A stretch of 64,000 bases of DNA from an uncultured Trueperaceae bacterium (GCA_963815215.1 CAWFFU010000003.1:768001-832000), one strand, 5' to 3'. Positions 42,782 through 60,228 are shown, counted from the first letter of the stretch. Made by a program: numbers and translations. The notes: generated by a model from the sequence alone, not told the origin.

Positions 42782-43693
42782 ATGGCGCCGCCTCGAACCA
42801 CCCGCGTGTCGCTGGTGCTGGCGGTCGCGATCGCCGCGGTCAGCCTGGCCGCGGTTTTCATCCGGTTGGCCGACGCTCCGGGCGTGGTGATCGCTCTGTA
42901 CCGGATGGTCCTCGCTTCGGTGGTGATGGTGCCGCTGGCGGTTCGCGGACTCCGACGCACCCCGCTCACCGGCCGCCCCCTGCTGTGGACGGCGGCGGCC
43001 GGCGTGCTGCTCGGCATCCACTTCGCCACCTGGATCACCTCGCTGAACCTCACCTCGGTGGCGGCCAGCGTCACCCTTGTCACCACCTCGCCGCTATGGG
43101 TGGCGCTGTTCGCCTGGCTGTTCAGCGGTCGGGCTCCCAGCTTCTCGGTCCTGATCGGTGTGGTGCTCGCCGTTGGCGGTGCCGCCGTCATCGGCTTCGG
43201 CGACCTCGGCGGGGGGACCGCGCCGCTGCTGGGCGACGGTCTGGCGCTGGTCGGCGCGGCCAGCGCGGCGGGCTACCTGCTGCTCGGACGCACGGTGCAG
43301 CGCTCGGGCGTGGGGCTCGACGTCTACGCCGGCGTCGCCTACGCCGTGGCCGCGCTGGTCCTGTTGCCCCTGCCCGCCCTCCTGGCCGTGCCGTACTTCG
43401 GCTACTCGACGTCCAGCCTGGCGTGGATCGCGCTGCTCGCGCTGGTACCGCAACTGGTCGGGCACAACGGAATCAACTACGCCATGCGGCACCTCGACCC
43501 CACGCTCGTGGCGACCACCACCCTGCTCGAGCCGGTGGGGTCCACCCTGCTCGCCTTGGCCGTCTTCGGAGAGGTTCCCTCGGCGTTGACGTTGGTCGGC
43601 GCCGGCATCCTGCTGGCCGGCGTGGTGTTCACCGTGCGCTCCAACGAGCACCCCGCCGGCGACGCGATCCCACCGGAGATCCCGGGGGTCTGA
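42782..43693 (+). CDS. DMT/EamA-family transporter
   Basis: About 10 TM helices, HFATW..SL..TSVA, PQLVGH, LLEPVG. TACGAT lies 7 nt before the ATG. Confidence 0.88.
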   Translation: MAPPRTTRVSLVLAVAIAAVSLAAVFIRLADAPGVVIALYRMVLASVVMVPLAVRGLRRTPLTGRPLLWTAAAGVLLGIHFATWITSLNLTSVAASVTLVTTSPLWVALFAWLFSGRAPSFSVLIGVVLAVGGAAVIGFGDLGGGTAPLLGDGLALVGAASAAGYLLLGRTVQRSGVGLDVYAGVAYAVAALVLLPLPALLAVPYFGYSTSSLAWIALLALVPQLVGHNGINYAMRHLDPTLVATTTLLEPVGSTLLALAVFGEVPSALTLVGAGILLAGVVFTVRSNEHPAGDAIPPEIPGV

Positions 43694-43820
43694 GACCGGC
43701 GCCCGGCGCCCCCGGGCGAGACCCGCCCCTGCGGCCGGATTCCCGTCCATGACGTATCTTCTCGACGGATCGGGAAGCTCCTGTCGGATCCTTGGACCCC
43801 ATGCAAGACCCCCTCGAATC

Positions 43821-43977
43821 TGCTAGAATGCCGTACGTGGATGTGCTCGTCGGAGCCACGTACGTTCTGGGGCGAGCCTCCCACACCCATAACTCCTACA
43901 ATCTGACGAACCCGGTGCCGCTGCAGTCGGCGGCCGCGCAAGCTTGAACGGGCCCTGAGAGAAGGGAGCAAGCGACG
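43821..43977 (+). promoter_or_regulatory. carD promoter (TGC-TAGAAT) and structured leader or possible uORF
   Basis: Extended -10 at 43821-43829, stem CGTACGTGG/CCACGTACG, second TACAAT near 43897 and SD GGGAG. Confidence 0.5.
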
Positions 43978-44484
43978 TTGAAAGATCAATCCAAGACCTT
44001 CAAGAGCGGTGACCAGGTGGTCCTCCCGCCGTACGGCGTCGGCATCGTTTCGGGAACGACCGTGCGCACGATCGCTGGAGCGGACCTCGACTACTACGAG
44101 GTCGAGTTCCCCAACGGCACGTCGCGCGCCTACGTTCCGGTGCATGCGCCCCAGGAAGCGGGACTGCGCCCCGCGCTCACCAGCGAAGAGGTCCAGAGCG
44201 TCCTGGAGCGGCTCAACAACGGACGCATCACGTTGCCCAAGCAGTGGGCGGCGCGCCACCGCAAGGTGACGGACATCCTGACGAGCGGTGACCCTTACCA
44301 GATCGCCACGCTCGCCAGCGAGCTGCGTCGCTGGGATCTCGAACGAGGCCTCCCCGATCTCGACCGGCAGGCCTACCGGCGGGCGCTGCGCCTGCTGGCC
44401 GGCGAGATCAGCGCGGTGCTGTCCATCAGCGTGCAGGAAGCACGCGCCATGATGGACGCGGGCGAAGACGACGAGCTGAACTAG
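43978..44484 (+). CDS. carD: CarD transcriptional regulator (Thermus CarD orthologue type)
   Basis: GDQVVLPPYGVG, AYVP, LPKQWAARHRK, RGLPDLDRQA. TTG start. Confidence 0.92.
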   Translation: MKDQSKTFKSGDQVVLPPYGVGIVSGTTVRTIAGADLDYYEVEFPNGTSRAYVPVHAPQEAGLRPALTSEEVQSVLERLNNGRITLPKQWAARHRKVTDILTSGDPYQIATLASELRRWDLERGLPDLDRQAYRRALRLLAGEISAVLSISVQEARAMMDAGEDDELN

Positions 44485-44587
44485 GGGACGCGCGGCGGCC
44501 ACCAGCCGCGCTTCTCTTGCGGGCCGGGGACTCTCCCCGGCCCTTGGCGTGGTGGCTGCGGGGCGGCGCCGGCAGCCGGGAGGTGCC

Positions 44588-45229
44588 GTGGGAACACGCG
44601 ACTGGATGGAGCGGCGCGCCGGCGGCGCCGCCGCGCTATACGACGACGTCGTCGGCCGGCTGGACCGGCTGGCGCTGGCAGCGGCGCGGCGCGACCTGCT
44701 CCAGGACGTGACGGGCGCGGTGCTCGAGCTCGGCTGCGGGACCGGCAGCGGCTTCGGGCTCTACCCGGCCACGGCGCGCGTCACCGCGGTGGAACCGGAG
44801 CCGGCGTTCCGACCCGTGGCGGCCAGCCGCGCCCGCGCGGCCGCTGCCGAGGTCCGTGTGTTGCCCGGCGACGCCCACGACCTGGCCTTCCCCGACGGCT
44901 CCTTCGACATCGTGGTGGCCGAGTTGATGCTGTGCAGCGTCGCTCGCCCCGAGGTGGCCCTACGTGAGGCCCGGCGCGTTCTGCGCCCGGGCGGCTCGCT
45001 GCGGCTGCTGGAGCACGTGCGCCACCGCCGTCCCGTCATCGGACGCATACAAGACGTCTTCGATCCGCTCTGGAACGCCGTCGAGGGACGCGGCTGCCAC
45101 ATCGGGCGCGACACCCCGCGAACCGTCGAGGCGGCGGGCTTCCAGATCGAGCGCGTCGAGACCGTGCCGTTGCCCGCCGGCGTCGACTGGTTCTTCCCGA
45201 TCGTGACGGTGCACGCCCGCAAATCGTGA
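44588..45229 (+). CDS. Class I SAM-dependent methyltransferase
   Basis: VLELGCGTG, GDAHDLAFPDGSFD, LCSV, RVLRPGG, LEHV. SD GGAGG precedes the GTG. Confidence 0.85.
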   Translation: MGTRDWMERRAGGAAALYDDVVGRLDRLALAAARRDLLQDVTGAVLELGCGTGSGFGLYPATARVTAVEPEPAFRPVAASRARAAAAEVRVLPGDAHDLAFPDGSFDIVVAELMLCSVARPEVALREARRVLRPGGSLRLLEHVRHRRPVIGRIQDVFDPLWNAVEGRGCHIGRDTPRTVEAAGFQIERVETVPLPAGVDWFFPIVTVHARKS

Positions 45230-45290
45230 CGGCCAGCCGCCTACGCGGCGACCGAGGCAGGACCTGCGGCGCATCGGCGTCCGCCGGCCG

Positions 45291-45713
45291 CTAGAGTGGT
45301 GTACCGAGCCAACGCAGCGCGATGGCATAGGCGGCGTAATCGTCGATGGGGCGATGCGGGGCGCGCATGCCGGGAGGCAGGAGCCGCGACAGGCCGCGCG
45401 GCGGATGATCGCGGAAGTACAGATCACGCGCGGCCAGCGTGGTCCCGCGCTCGTCGACCAGCGTGGGCTCGAGCCCGCGCGCGCGCAGCTGCTCCACCAC
45501 CGCGCCGCTGCCGGTGCCGTCCCCCACAAGGACGATCCCGTTCGGTGGCAGCTCCAGGCGCCCGAGGTCGTCGGCAGTTAGGACCGCAAGGCGCTCCACG
45601 GTGCCGTCGCGACGCACCCAGGCGGCGCCCAGGTTGTGCCCCGGGTCGAGCGCCAGTACCACGCCGTCCCACCCGTTGCCGCCGACCGGTCCACCGGGCG
45701 TGCTCGCTCGCAT
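45291..45713 (-). CDS. YqgF/RuvX-like RNase H-fold nuclease
   Basis: LALDPG, GDGTGS, VDERGTT..AR..Y, PIDDYAA. TACCCT lies 7 nt before the ATG. Confidence 0.72.
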   Translation of the reverse strand: MRASTPGGPVGGNGWDGVVLALDPGHNLGAAWVRRDGTVERLAVLTADDLGRLELPPNGIVLVGDGTGSGAVVEQLRARGLEPTLVDERGTTLAARDLYFRDHPPRGLSRLLPPGMRAPHRPIDDYAAYAIALRWLGTPL

Positions 45714-45740
45714 CCCCGACAGGGTAGCAGTCCCAAGCGA

Positions 45741-45772
45741 GCGGGGGCCGGCGCGTACGCGCCGGCCCCCGC
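45741..45772 (-). terminator. rpoC terminator hairpin
   Basis: Perfect 32-bp palindrome GCGGGGGCCGGCGCGTACGCGCCGGCCCCCGC. Confidence 0.7.
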
Positions 45773-45792
45773 AAGATGCCACGTTCCCCCGA

Positions 45793-50379
<4,587 letters not shown>

Positions 50380-50410
50380 GTCCGTCCCTTCAGGAAGGCG
50401 CCGATTCGGC

Positions 50411-53785
<3,375 letters not shown>

Positions 53786-54215
53786 CTTCACCCCTTCGCT
53801 CGAAGCCGTGTCGCCCGGAGCGTGAGCGCGGCCTGGGCCGCGCGTGCCGTTCAAGCCGAAGCGCGGCAGAGCAACCCCAGGGAGGGCCGCGCGCGGTCTC
53901 CCTGAGCGTCTTGCCGTGCACAAACGTTCGACGTCAAGTACGAATCCCCTGATTCAAAATACCGTGTCCCAACGGAAGGGCATGTCGGGCGACCCGGTCG
54001 CGGTGCTCCGCGCACTCGCCGCCTGAGCGAACCCTCGGGTTCTCCCGGCTTGCCGACGCCGACCCACCTCGCTGTGACGTGCCAACCTGACCTTCGTACC
54101 GACTCCGACCGATCTCCCCGCCAGTGGCTCGCAAACCACGAACTCTCATACTACTGCTTCGTAGCTCCCAGTCACGTAGCCTGCCACTCCTGAGCGTCAC
54201 TCCAACACGCTCGCA

Positions 54216-54250
54216 CGTGCGTGACGACAGAAGTACAGTCGTCACGCACG
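54216..54250 (-). terminator. 13-bp stem-loop in the rplL-rpoB spacer (attenuator-like)
   Basis: CGTGCGTGACGAC-N9-GTCGTCACGCACG. Confidence 0.55.
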
Positions 54251-54314
54251 GCGGCGCTTCGTCCTGGACAGCCCGTGTCAACGGGCCCTCCGTGCATCCG
54301 GCGCGCAAAGCGCG

Positions 54315-54695
54315 TTACTTGACCTCGACGGTGGCGCCCGCGGCTTCCAGCTTGCCCTTGATCTCCTCGGCCTCGTCCTTGCCGATGCTCTCCTTCACCA
54401 CGCCGCCGGACTCGACCAGATCCTTGGCCTCCTTGAGGCCCAGGCTCGTGATGGCGCGGACCTCCTTGATGACCTGGAGCTTCTTGTCGCCCGCCGACTT
54501 GATGCTGACCGTGAACTCGGTCTGCTCTTCGGCAGCAGCTTCCGCCGCAACCGGCATGGCCGCCATCATGCCCGCGGGCATGGCGGCAGCAGCTTCGACG
54601 CCCCACTTGTCCTTCAGGGCATCCACCAGATCCACCAGCTCCAGCACCGTGAGGCCGCTGAGCTGTTCCACCATCGCTTCCTTGTCGAACGCCAT
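54315..54695 (-). CDS. rplL: 50S ribosomal protein L7/L12
   Basis: [37 protein letters not shown]. Confidence 0.98.
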   Translation of the reverse strand: MAFDKEAMVEQLSGLTVLELVDLVDALKDKWGVEAAAAMPAGMMAAMPVAAEAAAEEQTEFTVSIKSAGDKKLQVIKEVRAITSLGLKEAKDLVESGGVVKESIGKDEAEEIKGKLEAAGATVEVK

Positions 54696-55226
54696 CTACT
54701 GTTCCTCCTTCACTTTGTCGCTGTAATTCTGCATGACAGACACCAGGTTCCGCTGCGGACCCTCCAACACGCCCACCAGCTGCTGCAGCGGCGCGAGCAG
54801 CGTGCCGAGCAGTTCGCTCTGCAGCTGCTGCCGCGAGGGCAGCTTGGCGATACGGTCGAGGGCATCCGCGCTCACGATGCCTCCCTGGAGGAACCCGCCC
54901 TTGCCTTTGGGCAGGTCCCGGGGGTGGTCCTTCGCGAAGTCGGCGATCGCCTTCAGAGGCGCCACCGGATCCTCGCCGACGAGCACCAGGGCCGTCGGAC
55001 CCGTGAGCGTGTCGCTGAACCCCTCGACGCCCTGCTGCTTGAGCACGACGTCGATGAGGGTGTTCTTGGCGACCAGGATGCGCCCGCCCGACGCGCGCAC
55101 CGAAGCGCGCAGCCGGCCGAGCTCGCCTGCGGAGAGCCCCTGGTAGTCCACCAGGAAGAACGTCTTCACGCCGTCGAGCAAACCGTGCAGCTCGCGGACG
55201 GACGCCTCATTCCTTGGATTGGCCAT
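54696..55226 (-). CDS. rplJ: 50S ribosomal protein L10
   Basis: VDYQGL, VAKNTL, LTGPTA, AKLPSR. Syntenic position. Confidence 0.95.
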   Translation of the reverse strand: MANPRNEASVRELHGLLDGVKTFFLVDYQGLSAGELGRLRASVRASGGRILVAKNTLIDVVLKQQGVEGFSDTLTGPTALVLVGEDPVAPLKAIADFAKDHPRDLPKGKGGFLQGGIVSADALDRIAKLPSRQQLQSELLGTLLAPLQQLVGVLEGPQRNLVSVMQNYSDKVKEEQ

Positions 55227-55239
55227 GGAACCCTCTCAC

Positions 55240-55400
55240 CTACTCTAGAACGTGCGCCCACAGCCCCGAGGGGCCGCTTGCGGGCGCGTGCCGCGAAGCG
55301 CAGCTGGGTCGCGCCGTTCCGTCTCCGAGTGAGCCGAAACCGGCAACCTTGAACGCCTCGGCAGGATCTTTAAGCCTGGCAGGCCCCTGCTGTCTCCAAC
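55240..55400 (-). ncRNA. L10 leader autoregulatory RNA (boundaries approximate)
   Basis: Minus strand reads GAGACAGCAGG...TTAAAGATCCTGCCGAGG in the rplA-rplJ spacer. Confidence 0.75.
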
Positions 55401-55453
55401 GCCAGAGGTGCATCGCAACCGCTACGCACCGGGATGCCGAAAGAACGACCGAC

Positions 55454-56137
55454 CTACAGTGTGACCCGGACGCTGGGGCCCATGGTCGAACTGAGGTGGA
55501 CGGTACGGACGTACTGGCCGCGCGCCGTGTCGGGCTTGGCCGCTTCCAACGCCGTGCGCAGCGCGGTGAGGTTCTCCGCGAGCTTGTCCGACTCGAAGCT
55601 GGCCTTGCCGATCGGCGCGTGTACGACGCCGGTCTTGTCCGCTCTGAACTCGATCTGCCCGGCCTTCAGGGCACCGACGATGTCGCCGACGTTCGGGCCC
55701 ACTGTCCCCGCCTTGGGGTTCGGGAGCAGTCCGCGTGGGCCGAGGACGCGGCCGAGCTTGCCGCCGACCTGCGCCATCATGTCGGGCGTGGCGACGACGG
55801 CGTCGAAGTCCATCCAGCCGTCGGCGATCCGCTGGATGAGGTCCGCCCCGCCGACCACGTCCGCTCCCGCCGCTTCCGCCTCGGCCACCTTGTCGCCCTG
55901 GGTGATCGCGATCACCCGGACGGTCTTGCCGGTCCCGTGCGGCAGGGCTACGGTGCCACGCACCGTCTGGTCGGACTTCTTGGGGTCGATGCCAAGCCGG
56001 AAGTGCGCCTCGATCGTCTCGTCGAACTTGGCGGTGGCGAGCTCCTTCACCAGCGCTGTCGCCTGATCGGGGGCGTAGAGCTGGGAGCGATCGACGCGCT
56101 TCTCGAGCTCACGGTAGCGTTTGCCGCGTCTAGCCAC
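55454..56137 (-). CDS. rplA: 50S ribosomal protein L1
   Basis: [38 protein letters not shown]. Confidence 0.98.
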   Translation of the reverse strand: MARRGKRYRELEKRVDRSQLYAPDQATALVKELATAKFDETIEAHFRLGIDPKKSDQTVRGTVALPHGTGKTVRVIAITQGDKVAEAEAAGADVVGGADLIQRIADGWMDFDAVVATPDMMAQVGGKLGRVLGPRGLLPNPKAGTVGPNVGDIVGALKAGQIEFRADKTGVVHAPIGKASFESDKLAENLTALRTALEAAKPDTARGQYVRTVHLSSTMGPSVRVTL

Positions 56138-56570
56138 CTGTAGGCGCTCCCTCCACCGTGACGCCCATCGAGCGGGCGGTGCCGGCGATGATGCGCGCCG
56201 CCGCCTCGGGGCTACCCGCGTTCAGGTCGGTCATCTTCTGCTCGCCAAGCTCCAGGCACTGCTGCCATGTGATCTTGCCGACCTTGACCTTGTGCGGCTC
56301 GCCCGAGCCACTGTCGATCCCTGCCGCCTTCTTGATGAGGTAGCTCGCCGGCGGCGTCTTGGTGATGAACGTGAAGGAACGGTCGGCGAAGATGGTGATC
56401 TCCACCGGCACCACCGCGCCGGCCTGCGAGGCCGTGGTGGCGTTGTACTCCTTCACGAACTGCATGATGTTGGCACCGTACTGCCCCAGCGCGGGCCCGA
56501 CCGGCGGCGCCGGTGTGGCGCCTCCCGCGGGCAACTGGAGCTTCACGATACCTGCGACCTTCTTGGCCAT
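56130..56570 (-). CDS. rplK: 50S ribosomal protein L11
   Basis: [28 protein letters not shown]. Confidence 0.98.
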   Translation of the reverse strand: MAKKVAGIVKLQLPAGGATPAPPVGPALGQYGANIMQFVKEYNATTASQAGAVVPVEITIFADRSFTFITKTPPASYLIKKAAGIDSGSGEPHKVKVGKITWQQCLELGEQKMTDLNAGSPEAAARIIAGTARSMGVTVEGAPTGG

Positions 56571-56655
56571 GGTTCCTCCTAAGCTCCCCCGGCGGCATGG
56601 CCCGCAGCGGGGTTCGAGCGCTCCGTGAGGGCGCGTGGCGCGTGTTCCGCCGCGG

Positions 56656-57213
56656 TCACGCCCTGACGACCTGAGAGTAGTCGAGCTCGACCGGGGTCTC
56701 CCGGCCGAAGATCGAGACGAGTACCTTCACCTTGCCGCGCTCGGGGTTGACCTCCGAGACGACACCCGTGAAATCGGCGAAGGGTCCGGCCGTGACCTGG
56801 ACCATATCGCCGACGTTGAAGGTGATCTTGACCTTGGGCGCCTCCCGCGAACCGGTGATGCCCAGCGTGCCGAGCATGCGCTGCTCCTCGTCCGGGGAGA
56901 GCGGCACAGCGCGTGTGGCAGTGCCCACGAAGCCGGTCACGCCCGGCGTGTAGCGCACCACTTCCCACGCCTCGTTGGGCTCGTCGGGATTGTCGCCGAG
57001 GTCCATCTGCACGAAGATATAGCCGGGAAAGAGCTTGCGCTTGACGACTTCCTTCTTGCCGCCGCCCGCGTGCTCCACCGTCTCCTCGGTGGGCACGACC
57101 ACCTGGTAGATGCAGTCCGCGATGCCGAGCGACTTCGCCCGGCTCATCACGTTCTCCTTCACCTTCTCCTCGTGGCCCACATAGGTGTGGACGGCGTACC
57201 ACTCGATGCTCAT
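56656..57213 (-). CDS. nusG: Transcription termination/antitermination factor NusG
   Basis: [29 protein letters not shown] domain [16 protein letters not shown]. Confidence 0.98.
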   Translation of the reverse strand: MSIEWYAVHTYVGHEEKVKENVMSRAKSLGIADCIYQVVVPTEETVEHAGGGKKEVVKRKLFPGYIFVQMDLGDNPDEPNEAWEVVRYTPGVTGFVGTATRAVPLSPDEEQRMLGTLGITGSREAPKVKITFNVGDMVQVTAGPFADFTGVVSEVNPERGKVKVLVSIFGRETPVELDYSQVVRA

Positions 57214-57285
57214 TCGGGTCCAAACCTCGTCTCGTGAGCCCCCGTGCCGGGACCCAGGTCGCGGCGGCGGGGTGGGGCGTCGACC

Positions 57286-57468
57286 TCAGGTGAGCAGGCC
57301 AATGAGGTTCCCCAACGTGGCGTCCGCGATGAGCAGGAACAGGGCCGTGATCAGCACGAACAACAGCGTCGCTTCGGTCGCCTGCAACACTTCCTTGCGG
57401 GTGGGCCAGGTGACGCGACCGAGCTCGGCGCGTGAGTTGCGCAGGTAGTTGACGAATCCCTTGAACAT
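57286..57468 (-). CDS. secE: Preprotein translocase subunit SecE
   Basis: ELGRVTWPTRKE followed by one TM helix. Confidence 0.92.
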   Translation of the reverse strand: MFKGFVNYLRNSRAELGRVTWPTRKEVLQATEATLLFVLITALFLLIADATLGNLIGLLT

Positions 57469-57478
57469 GCGTGCCGGC

Positions 57479-57643
57479 CTAGACCTTCACCTCACGGTGC
57501 GCGGTGTGCTTGCGGTCCCAGGGGCAGTACTTGCGGAGCTCGAGCTTGCCCTGGCTGTTGCGCCGGTTCTTGTGCGTCGTGTAGTTACGGCGCTTGCACT
57601 CGGTGCACTCGAGAAGCAGCTTGATGCGGACGTCACTGGCCAT
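57479..57643 (-). CDS. rpmG: 50S ribosomal protein L33 (54 aa, absent from the ORF track)
   Basis: Hand translation [61 protein letters not shown]. Confidence 0.95.
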   Translation of the reverse strand: MASDVRIKLLLECTECKRRNYTTHKNRRNSQGKLELRKYCPWDRKHTAHREVKV

Positions 57644-57732
57644 GGTGGTCTCCCAATCGAAAGAGCATACCAGAGTCGGGGCCCCGGCATCGTAGCGCGG
57701 CGGGGTCCCGACCCCGGGAAGGGCAGATGAGG

Positions 57733-58950
57733 TTACTTCGTCACGGCCGTCACGACACCCGCACCGACCGTCCGACCCCCCTCACGAATCGCAAACCGCA
57801 ACCCCTCCTCCATCGCAATCGGCTTGATCAACTCCACCCCAAGCTCCACATTATCCCCAGGCATCACCATCTCCACACCCTCCGGCAACGACACCACCCC
57901 CGTCACATCCGTCGTCCGAAAGTAAAACTGCGGGCGATACCCAGAAAAAAACGCGCTATGCCGCCCCCCCTCCTCCTTCTTCAACACATACACCGACCCA
58001 CGAAACACCGTATGCGGCGTAATCGACCCAGGCTTCGCCAACACCTGACCCCGCTCGATCTCCTCACGCCCCACACCCCGCAACAAAACCCCCACATTAT
58101 CCCCAGCCATCCCCGAACCCAACGTCTTCCGATGCATCTCCACACCCGTCACAACCGTCTTCCGCGTATCCCCCAACCCAACAATCTCAACCTCATCCCC
58201 CGTCTTCACCTCACCACGCTCAATACGACCCGTCGCCACCGTCCCACGACCCGTAATCGTAAACACATCCTCCACCGGCAACAAAAACGGCTTCTCCACA
58301 TCCCTCACCGGCGTCGGAATATACCCATCCACCGCATCCAACAACTCCCAAATCCGATCCACCCACTCATTCTCACCACGCTGCATCGACGGATTCCCAT
58401 GCAACGCCTCCAACGCCCTCAACGCAGACCCCGCCACCACCGGAATCTCATCCCCCGGAAACTCATACAACGACAACAGCTCCCGAACCTCCATCTCCAC
58501 AAGCTCCAACAACTCCGCATCATCCACCATGTCCACCTTGTTCAAAAACACCACAATATTCGGCACACCCACCTGACGCGCCAACACAATATGCTCACGC
58601 GTCTGCGGCATCGGCCCATCCGCAGCCGACACCACCAACACCGCACCATCCATCTGCGCAGCCCCCGTAATCATATTCTTCACATAATCCGCATGCCCCG
58701 GACAATCCACATGCGAATAATGCCGCGCCACCGTCTGATACTCCACATGCGCCGTATTAATCGTAATCCCACGCGCCTTCTCCTCCGGCGCCTTATCAAT
58801 CTGATCGTAATCCTGAATCTCCACCGACGGATCCGCCGCCGCAGCCGCAAACGTAATCGCAGCCGTCAACGTCGTCTTCCCATGATCCACATGCCCAATC
58901 GTCCCAACATTCACATGCGGCTTCGTACGCTCAAACACACCCTTAGCCAT
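57733..58950 (-). CDS. tuf: Elongation factor Tu (tufB-type locus)
   Basis: [37 protein letters not shown]. Extreme G/T third-position bias. Confidence 0.99.
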   Translation of the reverse strand: MAKGVFERTKPHVNVGTIGHVDHGKTTLTAAITFAAAAADPSVEIQDYDQIDKAPEEKARGITINTAHVEYQTVARHYSHVDCPGHADYVKNMITGAAQMDGAVLVVSAADGPMPQTREHIVLARQVGVPNIVVFLNKVDMVDDAELLELVEMEVRELLSLYEFPGDEIPVVAGSALRALEALHGNPSMQRGENEWVDRIWELLDAVDGYIPTPVRDVEKPFLLPVEDVFTITGRGTVATGRIERGEVKTGDEVEIVGLGDTRKTVVTGVEMHRKTLGSGMAGDNVGVLLRGVGREEIERGQVLAKPGSITPHTVFRGSVYVLKKEEGGRHSAFFSGYRPQFYFRTTDVTGVVSLPEGVEMVMPGDNVELGVELIKPIAMEEGLRFAIREGGRTVGAGVVTAVTK

Positions 58951-59028
58951 GATCCTGTCCTTTCCCAGCCGAAACGAGCCGGCCTGCTGGCCGCAGGCAC
59001 GACTCGGCTCGACCTCGGGGCTGCAATT

Positions 59029-59103
<75 letters not shown>

Positions 59104-59175
59104 CCGCCTTCTACCCCGTCTTGCGCCCGGCCCAGCACGCACCGTGCTTGACGCGCCTGCGCGCGGGACCGTGCT

Positions 59176-59251
<76 letters not shown>

Positions 59252-59309
59252 GAACCGCCCGGATCCGGGCGCGCCCTCTCGAGCGGCGTGGCCAAGACGG
59301 CCGCGCTCC

Positions 59310-59395
59310 TGGTGGGCAGGGCTGGATTCGAACCAGCGTAGGCATAAGCCAACGGATTTACAGTCCGTCCCCTTTAACCACTCGGGCACCTACCC
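59310..59395 (-). tRNA. tRNA-Tyr(GTA)
   Basis: Anticodon loop CTGTAAA, long variable arm, ends ACCA. Confidence 0.96.
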
Positions 59396-59422
59396 GCACC
59401 GTGGACGTCGCGCCCCGCGCCG

Positions 59423-59498
59423 TGGAGCCACCCATCGGAATCGAACCGACAACCTTCCGATTACAAGTCGGATGCTCTACCGGTTGAGCTAGGGTGGC
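59423..59498 (-). tRNA. tRNA-Thr(TGT)
   Basis: Anticodon loop CTTGTAA, GTTCGATTC T-arm, encoded CCA. Confidence 0.96.
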
Positions 59499-59574
59499 GC
59501 GCCGCAGTTCACACGGCCTCACCGACGCTCGCCGCTCCCGGCGGGGCCGGGCCCGGGCTGACGTCCGAATTCCT

Positions 59575-59604
59575 AAGTTAGCATGCGCGATTTTCCCGTG
59601 TCAA
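59575..59604 (-). promoter_or_regulatory. tRNA-tuf operon promoter TTGACA-18-TAACTT (extended TG)
   Basis: Consensus -35 at 59604-59599 and -10 at 59580-59575. Confidence 0.7.
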
Positions 59605-59807
59605 CGGAATGAATCGCCGTTCGTGACGTGGCTAACGGCGCGCTGGCGACAGCGGCGCGAACGGACGCGTCCGGTCGCCCGCGCACGGCCGCCGGAAGGG
59701 CGTCCAGGCGCCGTCCCACCCCCCCGTCCCGGCCGCCCGTACCGTCGCGCCAGAGCACCTTGTAGCGAAGCGGCGGATGCTACGCTACGCGTGATGGAGG
59801 CAATCGC

Positions 59808-60155
59808 ATGAGAATAGGGTCGCTGGGCCTTCCCGAGCTGTTGGTCATCCTGTTGGTCGTTCTGCTGATCTTCGGTCCCCGCAGGCTACCGGAGATGGCG
59901 AAGGGCCTGGGCCAGTCCGTGCGCGAGTTCCGCAAGGGCATCAAGGACATGAAGGAGGACTTCGAGTCCGAGGCGAGCGCGCCGACCCCGGCCAAGGCGC
60001 CCGCCCAAACCGCCGCCGCCGACGCCGCAACCAACGCTGCGTCGCAGCCCGGGGCCACACCGACGGCCACGCCGACGGCTGCACCTGCACCAGCGGCAGC
60101 GGCAGCGGCAGCGGCGCCGTCCGAGGACGGCGACGCCACGCCGAAGGGCGCCTGA
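59808..60155 (+). CDS. tatA: Twin-arginine translocase TatA/E with Ala/Pro/Thr-rich tail
   Basis: LGLPELLVIL..LLIFGPRRLPE..GLGQSVREFRKG. Confidence 0.93.
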   Translation: MRIGSLGLPELLVILLVVLLIFGPRRLPEMAKGLGQSVREFRKGIKDMKEDFESEASAPTPAKAPAQTAAADAATNAASQPGATPTATPTAAPAPAAAAAAAAPSEDGDATPKGA

Positions 60156-60228
60156 ACCCGCACCCACCCGATGACGGCCGCGAGCGTGAAGCGCGCGGCC
60201 GCGGGCTTTCCTGGGTTCCTCCACGCCT

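Noticed and set aside
40820..42890. TAGGAT-7 nt-GTG opening a 685-aa ORF
   Set aside because: It is out of frame with the SD-led DUF423 gene and antisense to the GH1 gene, with shadow-ORF composition. The box more likely just serves as the DUF423 promoter.
53954..54139. 61-aa minus-strand ORF in the rplL-rpoB spacer
   Set aside because: Codon usage is atypical, there is no recognisable motif, and the only support is a TAGTAT 8 nt upstream. This is not enough to call a CDS.
57733..58950. tuf as a horizontally acquired island
   Set aside because: It sits at the ancestral tRNA-tuf-rpmG-secE-nusG position, the protein looks native, there are no att sites or mobility genes, and the anomaly is confined to the CDS.
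59970..60150. GCGGCA tandem repeats in tatA, and Gly/Ser repeats at the DUF2207 C-terminus
   Set aside because: These are in-frame low-complexity protein tails, not CRISPR or contingency repeats.
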